Source: Naegleria gruberi
Taxonomy: Eukaryota
Assembly (NCBI GenBank): GCA_000004985.1
Contig: GG738869.1
Direction: 5' to 3' (one strand)
Length of the DNA: 64,000 nucleotides
In this document: positions 34,372 to 45,236 of the stretch, piece by piece
Layout of the letters: the number at the start of each line of letters is the position of its first letter
Position numbering within the stretch: position 1 is the stretch's first letter
The notes under the pieces: model-generated
What the model saw: the letters and a program-made list of their open reading frames with translations, nothing else
Told to the model about the DNA's origin: nothing
The model's database searches: none
Position numbers and translations under genes: made by a program

Positions 34372-34670
34372 GATAATGGAAGAGTTTCGTTGGAAATAGA
34401 GTCAGGACTTGTATGTTGTGCTGGCCCTTTCACTGGAGTAATATCTCTAGTAGAAAGTTCCTAATAAAAATTGGTCTATTTAGTCTTTCTGTTGACAGTT
34501 GTGTTTTCTTCCCATCTCAAAAATTCTAAAAGAGGGCAGTTATCTTCTGTAAAAATTCAAGAATCATTAAGCTAGCGGATGTGGTTCGTTTGACATTTGG
34601 AATATTTAACCTAAATTTGACAGAATATTAAAAACAAGAAAATTCAATAAATAAATTCTAAAAAAGTTAT

Positions 34671-36719
34671 TTAATCAGATAAATCTTCAAAGCATCTGCC
34701 TTCCTTTCTCATCAAATCAATGTGTGAATCAGCAACTCTGTCATCAACACCCTCAATATTCTTAATGATATCCTTGATGACATTGTAAGCTCTTGTTCCA
34801 AAACCTGAAACACCTCCACACAAATATAAATTTCCTTTTGATCTACTGAGCATTTGATAAACCTTTTCCTTGTTTTCATAAATGGCATCAGCAATCATCT
34901 TTCTGTCAGTTCCAGAGTAAGCAAAATGAGATTCAGAAATGAGACCATCCTTAACAGCTTGTTCAATTTCCTTCTTGTAAATAACTTCTTCAGGTCCTCT
35001 AACACCATAGAACAAAATTGAAGGACCGAATTTGATGTTTGGATTTCTCATTTGTTGAACTCTTCTTTCATCAATAAATCCTCTGAATGGAGCAATACCT
35101 GTACCACCAGCAATACAAACGATTGGTGTTTCAGGATTTTCTGGAAGTCTGAATGAAGAAGTTCTGATAACAACAGGACATGCAATAGATGGTTTGCACT
35201 CTGACAAGTAGTTGGAACACAATCCAAAGAATGTCTTGGTATTATCAATTGGCTGTACAAGTGGACCGTAGGTAATTCTCAAAATTTTTCCTTCTCCTCT
35301 CTTCTTTCTTTCTTCATTTTCTAATCTAGATGAAGAAATTGAATAGTATCTTGGTTGATTCTTTGGTAAGATACCAATGAGATCTTGCCATGTCACCTTA
35401 ATGGATGGGAATTTCTCTAACATATCTACAATATTTAACATTTTGTTCTTGACTTCAGTCAAGTATTTTTCACTCTTCCAAGATTCCAATGTAGCTTTTT
35501 CTTCGGCATTGGTTGCCTTGTCTGCCAAGAAACCTAATAAAGAAGGAGAAACGACACCATTCAAATCAAAGAATTGAGACATGGCCTGATATAAAGTAAT
35601 TGGGCTATCTCTAGTGGCAATAAATGGTGGCAATTCAATACTACATGTTGGTGTTTCAAGAGTAAAGATAATTTCCTCCATAGGCAAATCCAATTTCAAG
35701 AAACTTTCCAATCTTTTAACAAGAGATGATGGATTGGTTGGGAAAATGCAAATATGGTCACCAGTCTCATAATCTATTGGAGTTCCTTCAATATCAAACT
35801 CAATCTCAAGACGTAATCTATTGGATTCTGGACATAAATTCTTTACGGATTGAATCTTCAATGGGAATGGGTTCTTTGGTGAAACTGGTGAGCTGGCATC
35901 ATAGGAACGAACAAATTGTCTTAACTTGTCTCTATATTTGGCTTTATCTAGAAGACGAAAAAAATGCTTGCCATTTGTTGTCACACCTTCTCCCATTTGA
36001 CTTGTTTCACTTTGAGATGGTACTTGGCATGAAGATGCAGTAGATGAATTGGATGTTTCATTTTCCTTTTGTTTCAAGAATTCAATAAATTCATTCTTCC
36101 AATTTTCAAAATCAGTTTCAATACCTTCTTCACCACCATCGTCTCCTTCACCTCTCTTGAATTGTAAATCACTTCCCAAATCCTTTAAACGTTGTTCCAT
36201 TCTTTTACCAACAGCTTGATATCTTTCAGGGAAGTTGGCAGAATTTCCCAAACCAAAAATTGCATAATTTGGTGCATTGTTTTTGAAATCCAAACTCTTA
36301 GTATTGTCACTCATAAAAAATTCATAAAATGGTTTAGCATTGTCAGTTGGTTGACCTTCACCGTAGTTTGACATGATAAATAATACAATATTATACAAAT
36401 CATTTTTTTGTAAGCCAAATGACAAGGCCCTTTCTGGTTCAATATCACTCAAATCAACAACTTTAACACTTGACAAGAATGATGGATTTTTCTCCATCAA
36501 TTCGCTCTTCAAACCTTCAGCAAACATTTGTGCAGTTCCCGTTTGTGACCCATAACAAATTAACAAGTTTGTCTTGGACATGTCGACAAGACTTGCATGG
36601 AACTGTCTCATACATGCTGCTTTAAAAACACTTGTATTGGTATTCATTCTATGTTGACCAGAGCATGCATTGCGAAGTAATACACTGCAAGCATTCATTT
36701 TCAGTTTATTCATCATCAT
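34671..36719 (-). CDS. Diflavin (FMN + FAD/NADPH) oxidoreductase of the cytochrome-P450-reductase/CysJ type, with a predicted N-terminal mitochondrial presequence
   Basis: The ORF-track start at 36725 is GTG right after a TAA; the first ATG is at 36719. The protein has a flavodoxin domain (LICYGSQTGTAQMFAEGL), an FAD-binding RYYSISSS motif and an NADPH-binding C-terminus (VCIAGGTGIAPFRGF ... LYLCGGVSG). The first ~48 residues are basic and S/T/N-rich with no acidic residues. Confidence 0.8.
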   Translation of the reverse strand: MMMNKLKMNACSVLLRNACSGQHRMNTNTSVFKAACMRQFHASLVDMSKTNLLICYGSQTGTAQMFAEGLKSELMEKNPSFLSSVKVVDLSDIEPERALSFGLQKNDLYNIVLFIMSNYGEGQPTDNAKPFYEFFMSDNTKSLDFKNNAPNYAIFGLGNSANFPERYQAVGKRMEQRLKDLGSDLQFKRGEGDDGGEEGIETDFENWKNEFIEFLKQKENETSNSSTASSCQVPSQSETSQMGEGVTTNGKHFFRLLDKAKYRDKLRQFVRSYDASSPVSPKNPFPLKIQSVKNLCPESNRLRLEIEFDIEGTPIDYETGDHICIFPTNPSSLVKRLESFLKLDLPMEEIIFTLETPTCSIELPPFIATRDSPITLYQAMSQFFDLNGVVSPSLLGFLADKATNAEEKATLESWKSEKYLTEVKNKMLNIVDMLEKFPSIKVTWQDLIGILPKNQPRYYSISSSRLENEERKKRGEGKILRITYGPLVQPIDNTKTFFGLCSNYLSECKPSIACPVVIRTSSFRLPENPETPIVCIAGGTGIAPFRGFIDERRVQQMRNPNIKFGPSILFYGVRGPEEVIYKKEIEQAVKDGLISESHFAYSGTDRKMIADAIYENKEKVYQMLSRSKGNLYLCGGVSGFGTRAYNVIKDIIKNIEGVDDRVADSHIDLMRKEGRCFEDLSD

Positions 36720-37359
36720 CTTCACTTAGTGGATGTAGTAACAGATGTGTGTGTGGATGTATTTTTTTTGAATCTTTAATTGTTCCTTCATCAATTATTG
36801 ATTCTTTTCATATAATATTATCATCGGGATGATGATTCATTCCTTTTGAGCAATTATGAGAATATTCAAATGCATGTATGTGTTTTATCTGAACGCACTA
36901 ATGGATTCTGAACTCTATTAATTTCTTTAATTGGCACTCGTAAAATCTTTAAATCTGTAGAGGGAGATGAAGAAAAAACAAGTCCCGTTACCCCTCATCT
37001 TCAATTTATTACCATCTCTTGTGTGAGTCATAGGCTGTCATCCGTTCAAGCAATTCTAATGAACAATGTTGTAGAAACAAGCAAAAATGAAGACCATTAA
37101 AGGAAACTAGTAATTTTTGGCGGGAGGTGTATGAAAGCTCTATTGGTACGCACAAATGGGTTTACCACCAATTCTGAACAAAAAAACATTGAAAAATAAT
37201 AAAACTCACAAATGGTGAATCTATTTCAATTAGACAATAAAGTAGCTGTCGTTAGCTGGATGTGTCGTAAGAGAATCTTTTGTTGGCTTTAAATATTCAC
37301 ATTTCTTCTTGTCACTTTGATCAACTAATAACAAAAAAACAACAACACACAACAACAAG
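36720..37359. promoter_or_regulatory. Shared, divergent 5' intergenic region between the diflavin reductase (-) and HCP (+)
   Basis: The two start codons face away from each other, 640 bp apart. The region has no credible ORF and is AT-rich with A-runs before both ATGs. Confidence 0.3.
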
Positions 37360-39297
37360 ATGATCAGACAATCTGCTTCTAAGCTTTTCTCTAGAGTTGC
37401 TTCCAAATCCATGCAAGTTAATGCTGGAAAGAATTTGGCTGCCTGTTCCATGATCAAGATGAATCATCAAACAACCACTCAAGCTAGAATGAATTTCTCA
37501 CAACAATACAATATGAATAGATCTGATAAGATGTTCTGTTTCCAATGTGAACAAACACAAAATGGTACTGGTTGCACAACTGTTGGTGTTTGCGGTAAGA
37601 CACCATCAGTTGCTGCATTGCAAGATTTAACCATTTATCAAACTCGTCAATTGTGTGCTTTGGCTACTTTGGCCAAGAGACAAGGATCTGTTGTTCCTTC
37701 ATTGATGGAAAAGGTTGATGACTTTGTTTTGAGAGCCATGTATAGTACTTTGACTAATGTCAATTTTGATGAACTCAGATTTGTCGAATTTTTGAAGGAA
37801 GGTTCTGAATTGACTCAACAAGTCAAGAAGGAAATGTTAGGTGGAAAGATTCCACAAGAATTCTCTGAATTGCTCACTGTCACTGAAACTGATGCTCAAT
37901 TCGATGCCATCTTGAGTCAAGCTACTTCTGCCACAGATGAAGCTACTGGAAAATTGATTGATATGGGTAAATCTGTTGGTGTTCAACCACATCACAAACA
38001 TTATGGAGCTGATACTAATGCTCTCCGTGAATTGCTCCAATATGGTCTCAAGGGTTTGTGTGCTTATACTAAGGAAGCTTCTCTCTTGGGTAAGAATGAT
38101 GCTGCTGTTGTCAATGAATTCATTAGAACTGCCATGTGTACTTTGGCTGGTGTTTCACCTGATGGTAAGGTTGACCCATACAATGCTAATGATATCATTG
38201 GTATGGCATTGAAGTGTGGTGAAGTCAACGTTAGAACTATGCAATTGATGGACGAAGGTGCTTTTGAACGTTTTGGTCAAATGGCTCCAAACAATGTTAG
38301 AACTACTCCACTCCCAGGTAAATCAATCTTGGTTTCTGGTCACGATATGGGTGATTTGTTGGCCATTTTGAAGCAAACTGAAGGAAAGGGTATCAATGTT
38401 TACACTCACGGTGAATTGTTGCCAGCTCATGGTTATCCTGAGCTCAGAAAGTTCAAACACTTAGTTGGTAACTATGGTGGTGCTTGGCAACAACAAAAGA
38501 TTGAATTCTCCAACTTTAAGGGTGCTATTGTCATGACTACTAACTGTATCATTGAACCAAGAAAGCAATATAAGGATAGAATCTTCACTACCTCAGTTGT
38601 TGGTTGGCCAGGTGTCACTCACATTAAGAATAGAGATTTCTCTGCTGTTATTGAAAAGGCTTTGGCTACAGAAGGTTTCCCAGAATCATTTGCCAATGAA
38701 AAGGTTGAACATGTCACAACTGGTTTCGGTCATCGTACAGTTTTGAGTCTTGCTGATGTTATTGTTAATGCTGTTAAGAGAGGTGATATTAAGAGATTCC
38801 ATCTTATTGGTGGTTGTGATGGTACTGAAGGTGAAAGATCATACTATAAGAATATTGCTACATCCCTTCCAAAGGATAACGTTATCCTCACTTTAGGTTG
38901 TGCCAAGTACAGATTCAACAAGATTGACTTTGGTACTATTACTACTCAAGATCCAAAGACTAATTCTGATGTTGCCTTGCCAAGATTGTTGGATGTTGGT
39001 CAATGTAACGATGCTTATGGAGCTGTAGTTATTGCTAGTGCTTTGGCTGAAGCTTTCGGTACTAAGGATCTCAACCAATTGCCACTCAACTTTGTTATTT
39101 CTTGGTTCGAACAAAAGGCTGTTGTTATTTTCTTGACAATGCTCCACCTTGGTTTGAAGAATGTCAGAATTGGTCCAAACTTGCCTGCCTTTATTCCTCC
39201 ATCCACTCTCCAATTCCTCGTTGAAACCTTCAAGTTACATCCAATCAATGCTAAGGATCCTGTTGCTGATATGGAAATGATGCAAAAGGGACTTTAA
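37360..39297 (+). CDS. hcp: Hybrid-cluster protein (prismane / hydroxylamine reductase, Hcp) with an N-terminal extension resembling a mitochondrial targeting peptide
   Basis: 645-aa intronless ORF with a verified ATG. It has the class-1/2 N-terminal Cys motif CFQCEQTQNGTGCTTVGVC (C-x2-C-x8-C-x5-C) and Hcp similarity throughout. About 55 residues precede the conserved MFCFQCEQ and they are basic and amphipathic (MIRQSASKLFSRVASKS...). Confidence 0.9.
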   Translation: MIRQSASKLFSRVASKSMQVNAGKNLAACSMIKMNHQTTTQARMNFSQQYNMNRSDKMFCFQCEQTQNGTGCTTVGVCGKTPSVAALQDLTIYQTRQLCALATLAKRQGSVVPSLMEKVDDFVLRAMYSTLTNVNFDELRFVEFLKEGSELTQQVKKEMLGGKIPQEFSELLTVTETDAQFDAILSQATSATDEATGKLIDMGKSVGVQPHHKHYGADTNALRELLQYGLKGLCAYTKEASLLGKNDAAVVNEFIRTAMCTLAGVSPDGKVDPYNANDIIGMALKCGEVNVRTMQLMDEGAFERFGQMAPNNVRTTPLPGKSILVSGHDMGDLLAILKQTEGKGINVYTHGELLPAHGYPELRKFKHLVGNYGGAWQQQKIEFSNFKGAIVMTTNCIIEPRKQYKDRIFTTSVVGWPGVTHIKNRDFSAVIEKALATEGFPESFANEKVEHVTTGFGHRTVLSLADVIVNAVKRGDIKRFHLIGGCDGTEGERSYYKNIATSLPKDNVILTLGCAKYRFNKIDFGTITTQDPKTNSDVALPRLLDVGQCNDAYGAVVIASALAEAFGTKDLNQLPLNFVISWFEQKAVVIFLTMLHLGLKNVRIGPNLPAFIPPSTLQFLVETFKLHPINAKDPVADMEMMQKGL

Positions 39298-39469
39298 ATT
39301 GCGCCTATTTCTCTATTTCTGTAAAATATAAAAATAAAACATTAAAAAAAATTAAAAATCACCAAGTTTATTCTTTTGCTCTTTAACTCATTTCTAAACT
39401 AAATCAGAGAATTATGTAGCAAAAACAATGAGGAATATTTGAATTTTTTTTTGCAAAGGTTAAAAGGTT

Positions 39470-39542
39470 ACAGCGAGCGGGGCTTGAACCCGCGACCTTA
39501 AGCGTGTTAGGCTTACGATCTAACCAACTGATCTATCGCTGC
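39470..39542 (-). tRNA. tRNA-Val (anticodon AAC)
   Basis: The minus-strand sequence GCAGCGATAGATCAGTTGGTTAGATCGTAAGCCTAACACGCTTAAGGTCGCGGGTTCAAGCCCCGCTCGCTGT folds as a cloverleaf: a 7-bp acceptor stem, D-arm GATC/GATC, anticodon stem TAAGC/GCTTA with loop CTAACAC, and T-arm GCGGG-TTCAAGC-CCCGC. TTTT follows the 3' end. Confidence 0.85.
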
Positions 39543-39712
39543 TTACATTCATTATGAAATGTTTCTTAATATCGATTTACTAAAATACTCAACAGGTCTA
39601 TGGAGGTGCTTTATTTCTAAATTGAAATTTAGTTGCTCAAACGCTGAACCTAAACTAAATGGTTGTTTGATTTTTGTAAGAGACATTAATATTGATATTG
39701 AAACTCTAAAAA

Positions 39713-42700
39713 ATGGCGAAACGATCGTTCACTGATTTGCTAATTGTTACCTTGACTTCCGATGATCATTTCGAAGATATCACCATACCAGAGCACGATT
39801 GTGATTTATTGGCATTAAAACATTTTCAAAAAGTTGCAGCAGAACGTATCGAAAGAAATGAACAAATTTATTCTCATGTTTCCCATCTAAAATCAAGAAA
39901 TCACTCAAATAATTATGAAAAAATTACTAAAAATCCATTTCCGGACAATGATTGTAAATTAGCTTTTTTCAAGGTTTTAAAGTATGATGGCTTGTTGTTG
40001 CAGTTTGCATCGAATGAATTGAGAAATGATCGTGATGTTGTTTTGAGAGCTGTTAAAGAAAATGCAGGTTCTATCGAGGTGGTGAGTGAGGAATTGAGAA
40101 GTGATAGGGAATTTGTGGAGAAGGTTGTTATGATTGCTAAAGATAGAACGAGTTTGTCCACAAAAAGTTTTTTCAAATTTCTTGACAAGTTTCATGATGA
40201 TGAGTTGATTGTTAGAAAGGTGGTGGAGAAACATGTAAATTCTCTCGAGTTTGTATCACCAAGATTGAGAAATGATAGGTAGGTTGTTTAAATATCATTA
40301 CCAAAAGCAAATTCATACACAGAGAGATTGTTTGGAATGCTGTTAAAAGAAATGGATCATCTCTTCAATTCGTTCCAGAACATTTGAAAGATAGAGAATT
40401 GGTTATGCTTGCTGTGAAAACTGATTCCCAGGCACTTCTATTTGCACCAATAGAGTTTTTGAAAGATAAAGAAATTATTTCAAGAGCTGCTAAATTATCA
40501 GGACTTGCTATTAAATATGCCCACACAGAACTTAAAAACGACAGAGAGTTTGCTTTAGAGATGGTAAAGTTGAGAGCACTTGGTTATAATTATCTTTCGG
40601 AAGATCTAAGAGGAGATCGGTAAGTTGTTTGTGAAACTGTTGCAACAGTAATGAACGGAAAATTAGGGAAATTGCATTGGCAGCTATGAAGTCAATGCCA
40701 ACTTGTCTAAGAATGGCACCTAATCACATCAAAGATGATTTTGAAATTGTTTCCATTGCGGTTACGAAAAATTTATCAGCTCTTGTGTTTTCCTCACAGA
40801 GATTCAAAGATGATACAGACTTTATCTATAACTGTGCTTCAACTGCAAGTCAAATTATTTATTTTCTGAATAATCATGAATCTCTATTAGTAACTAATCG
40901 AGATTTCTGTTTACGGCTCATAGAAAAGAGTTGTGGATATGATTGTTTTAGAAATGCTCGAGATTTTGTGAAATTGGATAAGGAACTATGTCTGAAATTC
41001 ATACAAATACATCCAGATTGTTTGGAAGATGTTAAATGTGAAGATATTCTAAATGACAAACAACTCTTAATGGATTTATTGCCACACAGTGAAAAAATTC
41101 TTCTTCAAATTCCAAATGAGCTTTGTAATGATAGAGAACTCATGATGTGGGCATCGAAAATTCATGACAATGCTCTAAAATTTGCCTCTGAAGAGCTTTG
41201 TGCTGATAGAGAGTTTGTAAATGAGGCATTGCTTTGTGATTTTGGTAATTTTGAGTATTTATCAGAGGAGTTGAGAAGTGATAGAGAGTTAGTGGAAAAT
41301 ATTGTAAAAATTGATGGTTTCAATGTTCAATTTGTACCAGAATTATTTAGAAACAATAGAGAACTAATCATTACTTCAATCAGAAATGCATTCTCAGATA
41401 TTTCTCCATACTTAGGATATCAGTTGAAGGAAGATAGAGATATTATTTTGGAATCTGTGAAAAGATCTGGCATTATAGAAAATCTTCTACACGAGTTTAG
41501 AGATGATAGAGAAATTGTAATGATGGGAATTCAACAATTTGGACCAGAATTTCGATATGCTTCCAAGTTTTTACGTAGCGATAGAGAATTGGCATTAATT
41601 GCCATTAGAAACTTGTGCACTTTAGAGCATATTCCCAAGGAAATATTAGATAGAAAACTTGCCTATGAAGCTTGTAAACGTTCGGCCTTTAATTTAAAAT
41701 TTGCCTCTGAGTATAGAGAGGATGAACTAATTGTTCTTTCTGCATTAAGCAATGAAAATGGGGGTTTATATACCAAATATGTCGGTGAGCGGTTGAAGAA
41801 TGACAGAGATTTTATATTGAAAGCTTCCAAACTTCAACCTAGTATTATTGCTCATATTTCGACTGAGCTTCTCCAAGATAGAGAAATAATCATAAATGCA
41901 CTTTCGCATGATGGAAATGTACTTGCTCATCTACCAGAGGAATTCAAGAGTTGTAGAGAATATGTGGAAATAGCTGCTAACTCAAACCCACATTCACTTA
42001 AATACGCATCAGAAGATTTGAAGCAGGATCCAGAGTTGTTATATAAGGCAATTGCAACAGGGATTGCCAACTCTTTAGTTTCTGAACAATTTTTGGAGGA
42101 TGCTGATGAGTCAACTATACAAAAATGTATTGAAAATGGAGTTTCACTTCGTAGTTTTCCTAAGTCTTTAACCAGTAATAGAAACTTAGTTATTAAGGCT
42201 GTAAATATTAATATGGAGAATCTTAGATATGCATCCAAGGATCTAATTAACAAGGAACTGATTATGGAAATTTCACCAAAAAATTTTGATATATTACTAC
42301 TTCCAATCAAATGGAGAAGTGACAAAGATATTGCTTTAAAGGCTTTGGAAATGAATGGAAAATCAATAATATATATTTCTGATGAGTTGAAAAATGAATT
42401 TAAGCACAACAAGGAAATCCTATTGAAAGCAATGAAAACAGATAGCATTCCATTCCTTTATGCGAGCGATGATTTACAAAACGATCGTGATTTTATTTTG
42501 GAATCTGTTTCAACAAATGGCTTGGTATTGAGATATGTTGCATCCCATTACAAAGAAGATAGGGAAGTAGTTTTAAAGGCAGTTAAAAATCATGGAAATT
42601 CAATTCGTTACGGAGCCAGACATTTCATGAATGATAGAGAAATCATGTGGAATGCAGTTCAAAACTTGGGAGCCAAAATTCTTCCGTGCAATCCATTAAT

Positions 42701-43019
42701 TTATGGCTCCTTTGAAATACGAAGTGACCGTGAGCTAGTTCTAGAAGCCGTTCGCCATGATTATCACTCCCTTGAATATGTTGTCATTGAATTATTAAGC
42801 GACGAAGAATTCATGACGAAATGCGTGGAAATTAATATTAATTCTCTAATTTATGCTCACTACCAATTAAGATACAATGTAGATTTTCTGAAACGATTGA
42901 ACAAGACAGATATGATCAGAGAAGACACTGATTTACACAACAAAATAGATATTGAAGGACTATTAGGATACAATCCAAAACTTAAAGATTTGAATATTAT
43001 TGATAGAGCTGAAATTTAA
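39713..43019 (+). CDS. DUF4116-repeat protein (about 1071 aa), 3 exons: 39713..40278, 40323..40619, 40667..43019
   Basis: It has more than 25 tandem repeats of the unit ...A(L/I)xYAS.ELR.DRE(F/I)VL.AV..NG.... Two introns (40279..40322, GTAGGT...CACAG, 44 nt; and 40620..40666, GTAAGT...AATTAG, 47 nt) both split the Arg codon of LR(N/G)D-R-EI in phase 2. Splicing restores continuous repeats across ORFs 39713, 40384 and 40677. Confidence 0.7.
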
Positions 43020-43134
43020 CACAAACTATCACGTGATACCAGCTGGTAATGAGTTTACTAACAATGTTCCCATTTTCCAAGTTGAGTTTGGAATGTTGTC
43101 TTAACAATGAAACAGAAAAATATGTAAAAATTAT

Positions 43135-45111
43135 TTACTCTCTACTCTGTATCATGTTATTTACAATACGTTTGTAATTTGCTCTTGATAGAGAGACCAA
43201 ATCATCCAAACCAAATGAATAACTTGAATTATTATCGAGACAATATTCCATCATGCTAATGAGTTCCAAAATCTGTTCTCTAAACATTGGTATACTCACA
43301 ACAGTATCCTTCTTTGTTGTTGCATGTAAGGAGAATCTGGAAACGAGTGTAGAACGACATATTATAGTAATAGGAATTGTGGTTGACTTGATGAGTTTGT
43401 TTAGCTCTTTTAACACTCTCTTACAATCCATTGATGTTGGAAATAAGAACATGGCCCAATATAACTGAAAGTGTATACTCTCCTTTAACAATCTAGATTT
43501 GGATGTCAGATCTTGAATTGCTTGTTTTGTAACTTGGTGATAATCTAATGTATTGTCTTTCAGTACATTCATCCATCCAATTAACAACTTAGTGGCAAAC
43601 AGAATTGGAGAATTCCCAAAATTGAGCATTAAGAAATTCAAATCATTTCGAGCCAAATGAAATTCTGCTTGTTGGGCTAGAAAGATTGATCTGTTTAGAT
43701 AGGCATTGAATCTATCTCTAGCATGAGTTGCATTTGTACATGCCATATCAAAATATTGTCTAGCCCTTACATAATTTCCATTCAGTTCCATAACAAAAGC
43801 AACATTGACCATTGCACTAATGTACCTAGAATCTATTCGAATGGCATTTAGAGAATTATCCTTAGACTGTTTCCTCAGATTTAGAATTTCAGTTGCTTGC
43901 TCCAAATTAGACCTTGCCTCAAGTTGACGAGAAAGAGCCAACTGTACAAGTGCCTTATTATTGAGAGCTCGTGTATCATTGGGATTTAAACTATCTAATA
44001 CATACTGAAATTTAGAAGCAGCCTCATGAAAGTTTTCTGAAAACAGTAAATAATAGCCATGAAATTTGTATGAAAAGCTGCGAACATCATCCCAAATTCC
44101 TTTGACGATTGATTGACACATACGAACCAAGGAGAATTCAACTTGGTTATATCGAATTTGACCAACCTTTGTAACTTGAGAAAATTTGTTTTCACTCTTT
44201 GCTAATTGTCCAACAAAGTCAACAAGGTCTGGATTCGGATTGTTGGTGGGGTTTGTTTCAGCTCGATCTTGGAACATGTAGAGCCGAATAATAATTTCTT
44301 CCATAGTTTCGTATTGAGGAATTCTAGTTTCTTGACTTTGAAAACAACTCCATAACAATGGTACAAGATTACTCTCCTCCAATCTGTGTCTAGCTTCTTC
44401 AGAATCATTTTCGTATAGAATTGCCGCAATTTCATCATTCTCCAAGGTTGAAAATGTTTGATTTAGATTTCCTGTAATTAATTGAAATAAAATTGACCCC
44501 AAGGCAAAGACATCATAGGTTTCACTACTTCCTTCACTTGGATAGTTGTTTCCACAACTGTTTGAAAACTCATCATCATCATCAAGAACATCTCCAACAT
44601 GTTGCATCTTTTCAAAATCTGCAAGGACTATTCTAATCACATCGTTTTCATAGCTTTCAACAAGAATATTCTTCAATGTTATATCTCTGTGCACAATGTT
44701 GTTATGATTCCTCAATTCGACAAGAGCACTCGCTAGTTGATAACCTATTTGATATATGATTGGAAATGGAAGTAATCTCATTTGTTTAGTTGTCTCATCA
44801 AACAACATTGAATACAGATCACACTTATAGAATGGCATTTCAATTACCAGTGCATTGTTTTCAAAGTAAGATCGGTAAATTTTCACAATGTTTGGATGGT
44901 CCACCTTTTCTATCATTTCTGCAATTTCCTTTTGTTTTTGTAAATGTTCATCAAGTTTCTCACATTTCATATTATTTTCTTCCCTCTCAATTCTATAAAC
45001 CTTATTTGTGGATATTTCACGAATGACGTGGATTAGAATAGGGGAACGACGACTAGTGTGCAGTAATTGATAGTTGACTTTGTCTTTTTTCCATTTTTCA
45101 GTAATAGACAT
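43135..45111 (-). CDS. Protein-kinase-like domain (probably a degenerate pseudokinase) fused to C-terminal TPR-like repeats
   Basis: 658-aa ORF with a verified ATG. The catalytic loop HRDITLKNILV is present, but there is no GxGxxG loop and DFG is DFE. The C-terminal half has TPR-like helical repeats. Confidence 0.5.
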   Translation of the reverse strand: MSITEKWKKDKVNYQLLHTSRRSPILIHVIREISTNKVYRIEREENNMKCEKLDEHLQKQKEIAEMIEKVDHPNIVKIYRSYFENNALVIEMPFYKCDLYSMLFDETTKQMRLLPFPIIYQIGYQLASALVELRNHNNIVHRDITLKNILVESYENDVIRIVLADFEKMQHVGDVLDDDDEFSNSCGNNYPSEGSSETYDVFALGSILFQLITGNLNQTFSTLENDEIAAILYENDSEEARHRLEESNLVPLLWSCFQSQETRIPQYETMEEIIIRLYMFQDRAETNPTNNPNPDLVDFVGQLAKSENKFSQVTKVGQIRYNQVEFSLVRMCQSIVKGIWDDVRSFSYKFHGYYLLFSENFHEAASKFQYVLDSLNPNDTRALNNKALVQLALSRQLEARSNLEQATEILNLRKQSKDNSLNAIRIDSRYISAMVNVAFVMELNGNYVRARQYFDMACTNATHARDRFNAYLNRSIFLAQQAEFHLARNDLNFLMLNFGNSPILFATKLLIGWMNVLKDNTLDYHQVTKQAIQDLTSKSRLLKESIHFQLYWAMFLFPTSMDCKRVLKELNKLIKSTTIPITIICRSTLVSRFSLHATTKKDTVVSIPMFREQILELISMMEYCLDNNSSYSFGLDDLVSLSRANYKRIVNNMIQSRE

Positions 45112-45236
45112 GATGATTTTTGTTTAGTGTGTAAGTTTTGCATGATGGTTGTTTACAAGGAAAAGACCAGATCAAAATCCAAAATGGAATTATTCCAAAA
45201 TAATAATTTTAAAATTTCATATCCAAGTTAACTCGT

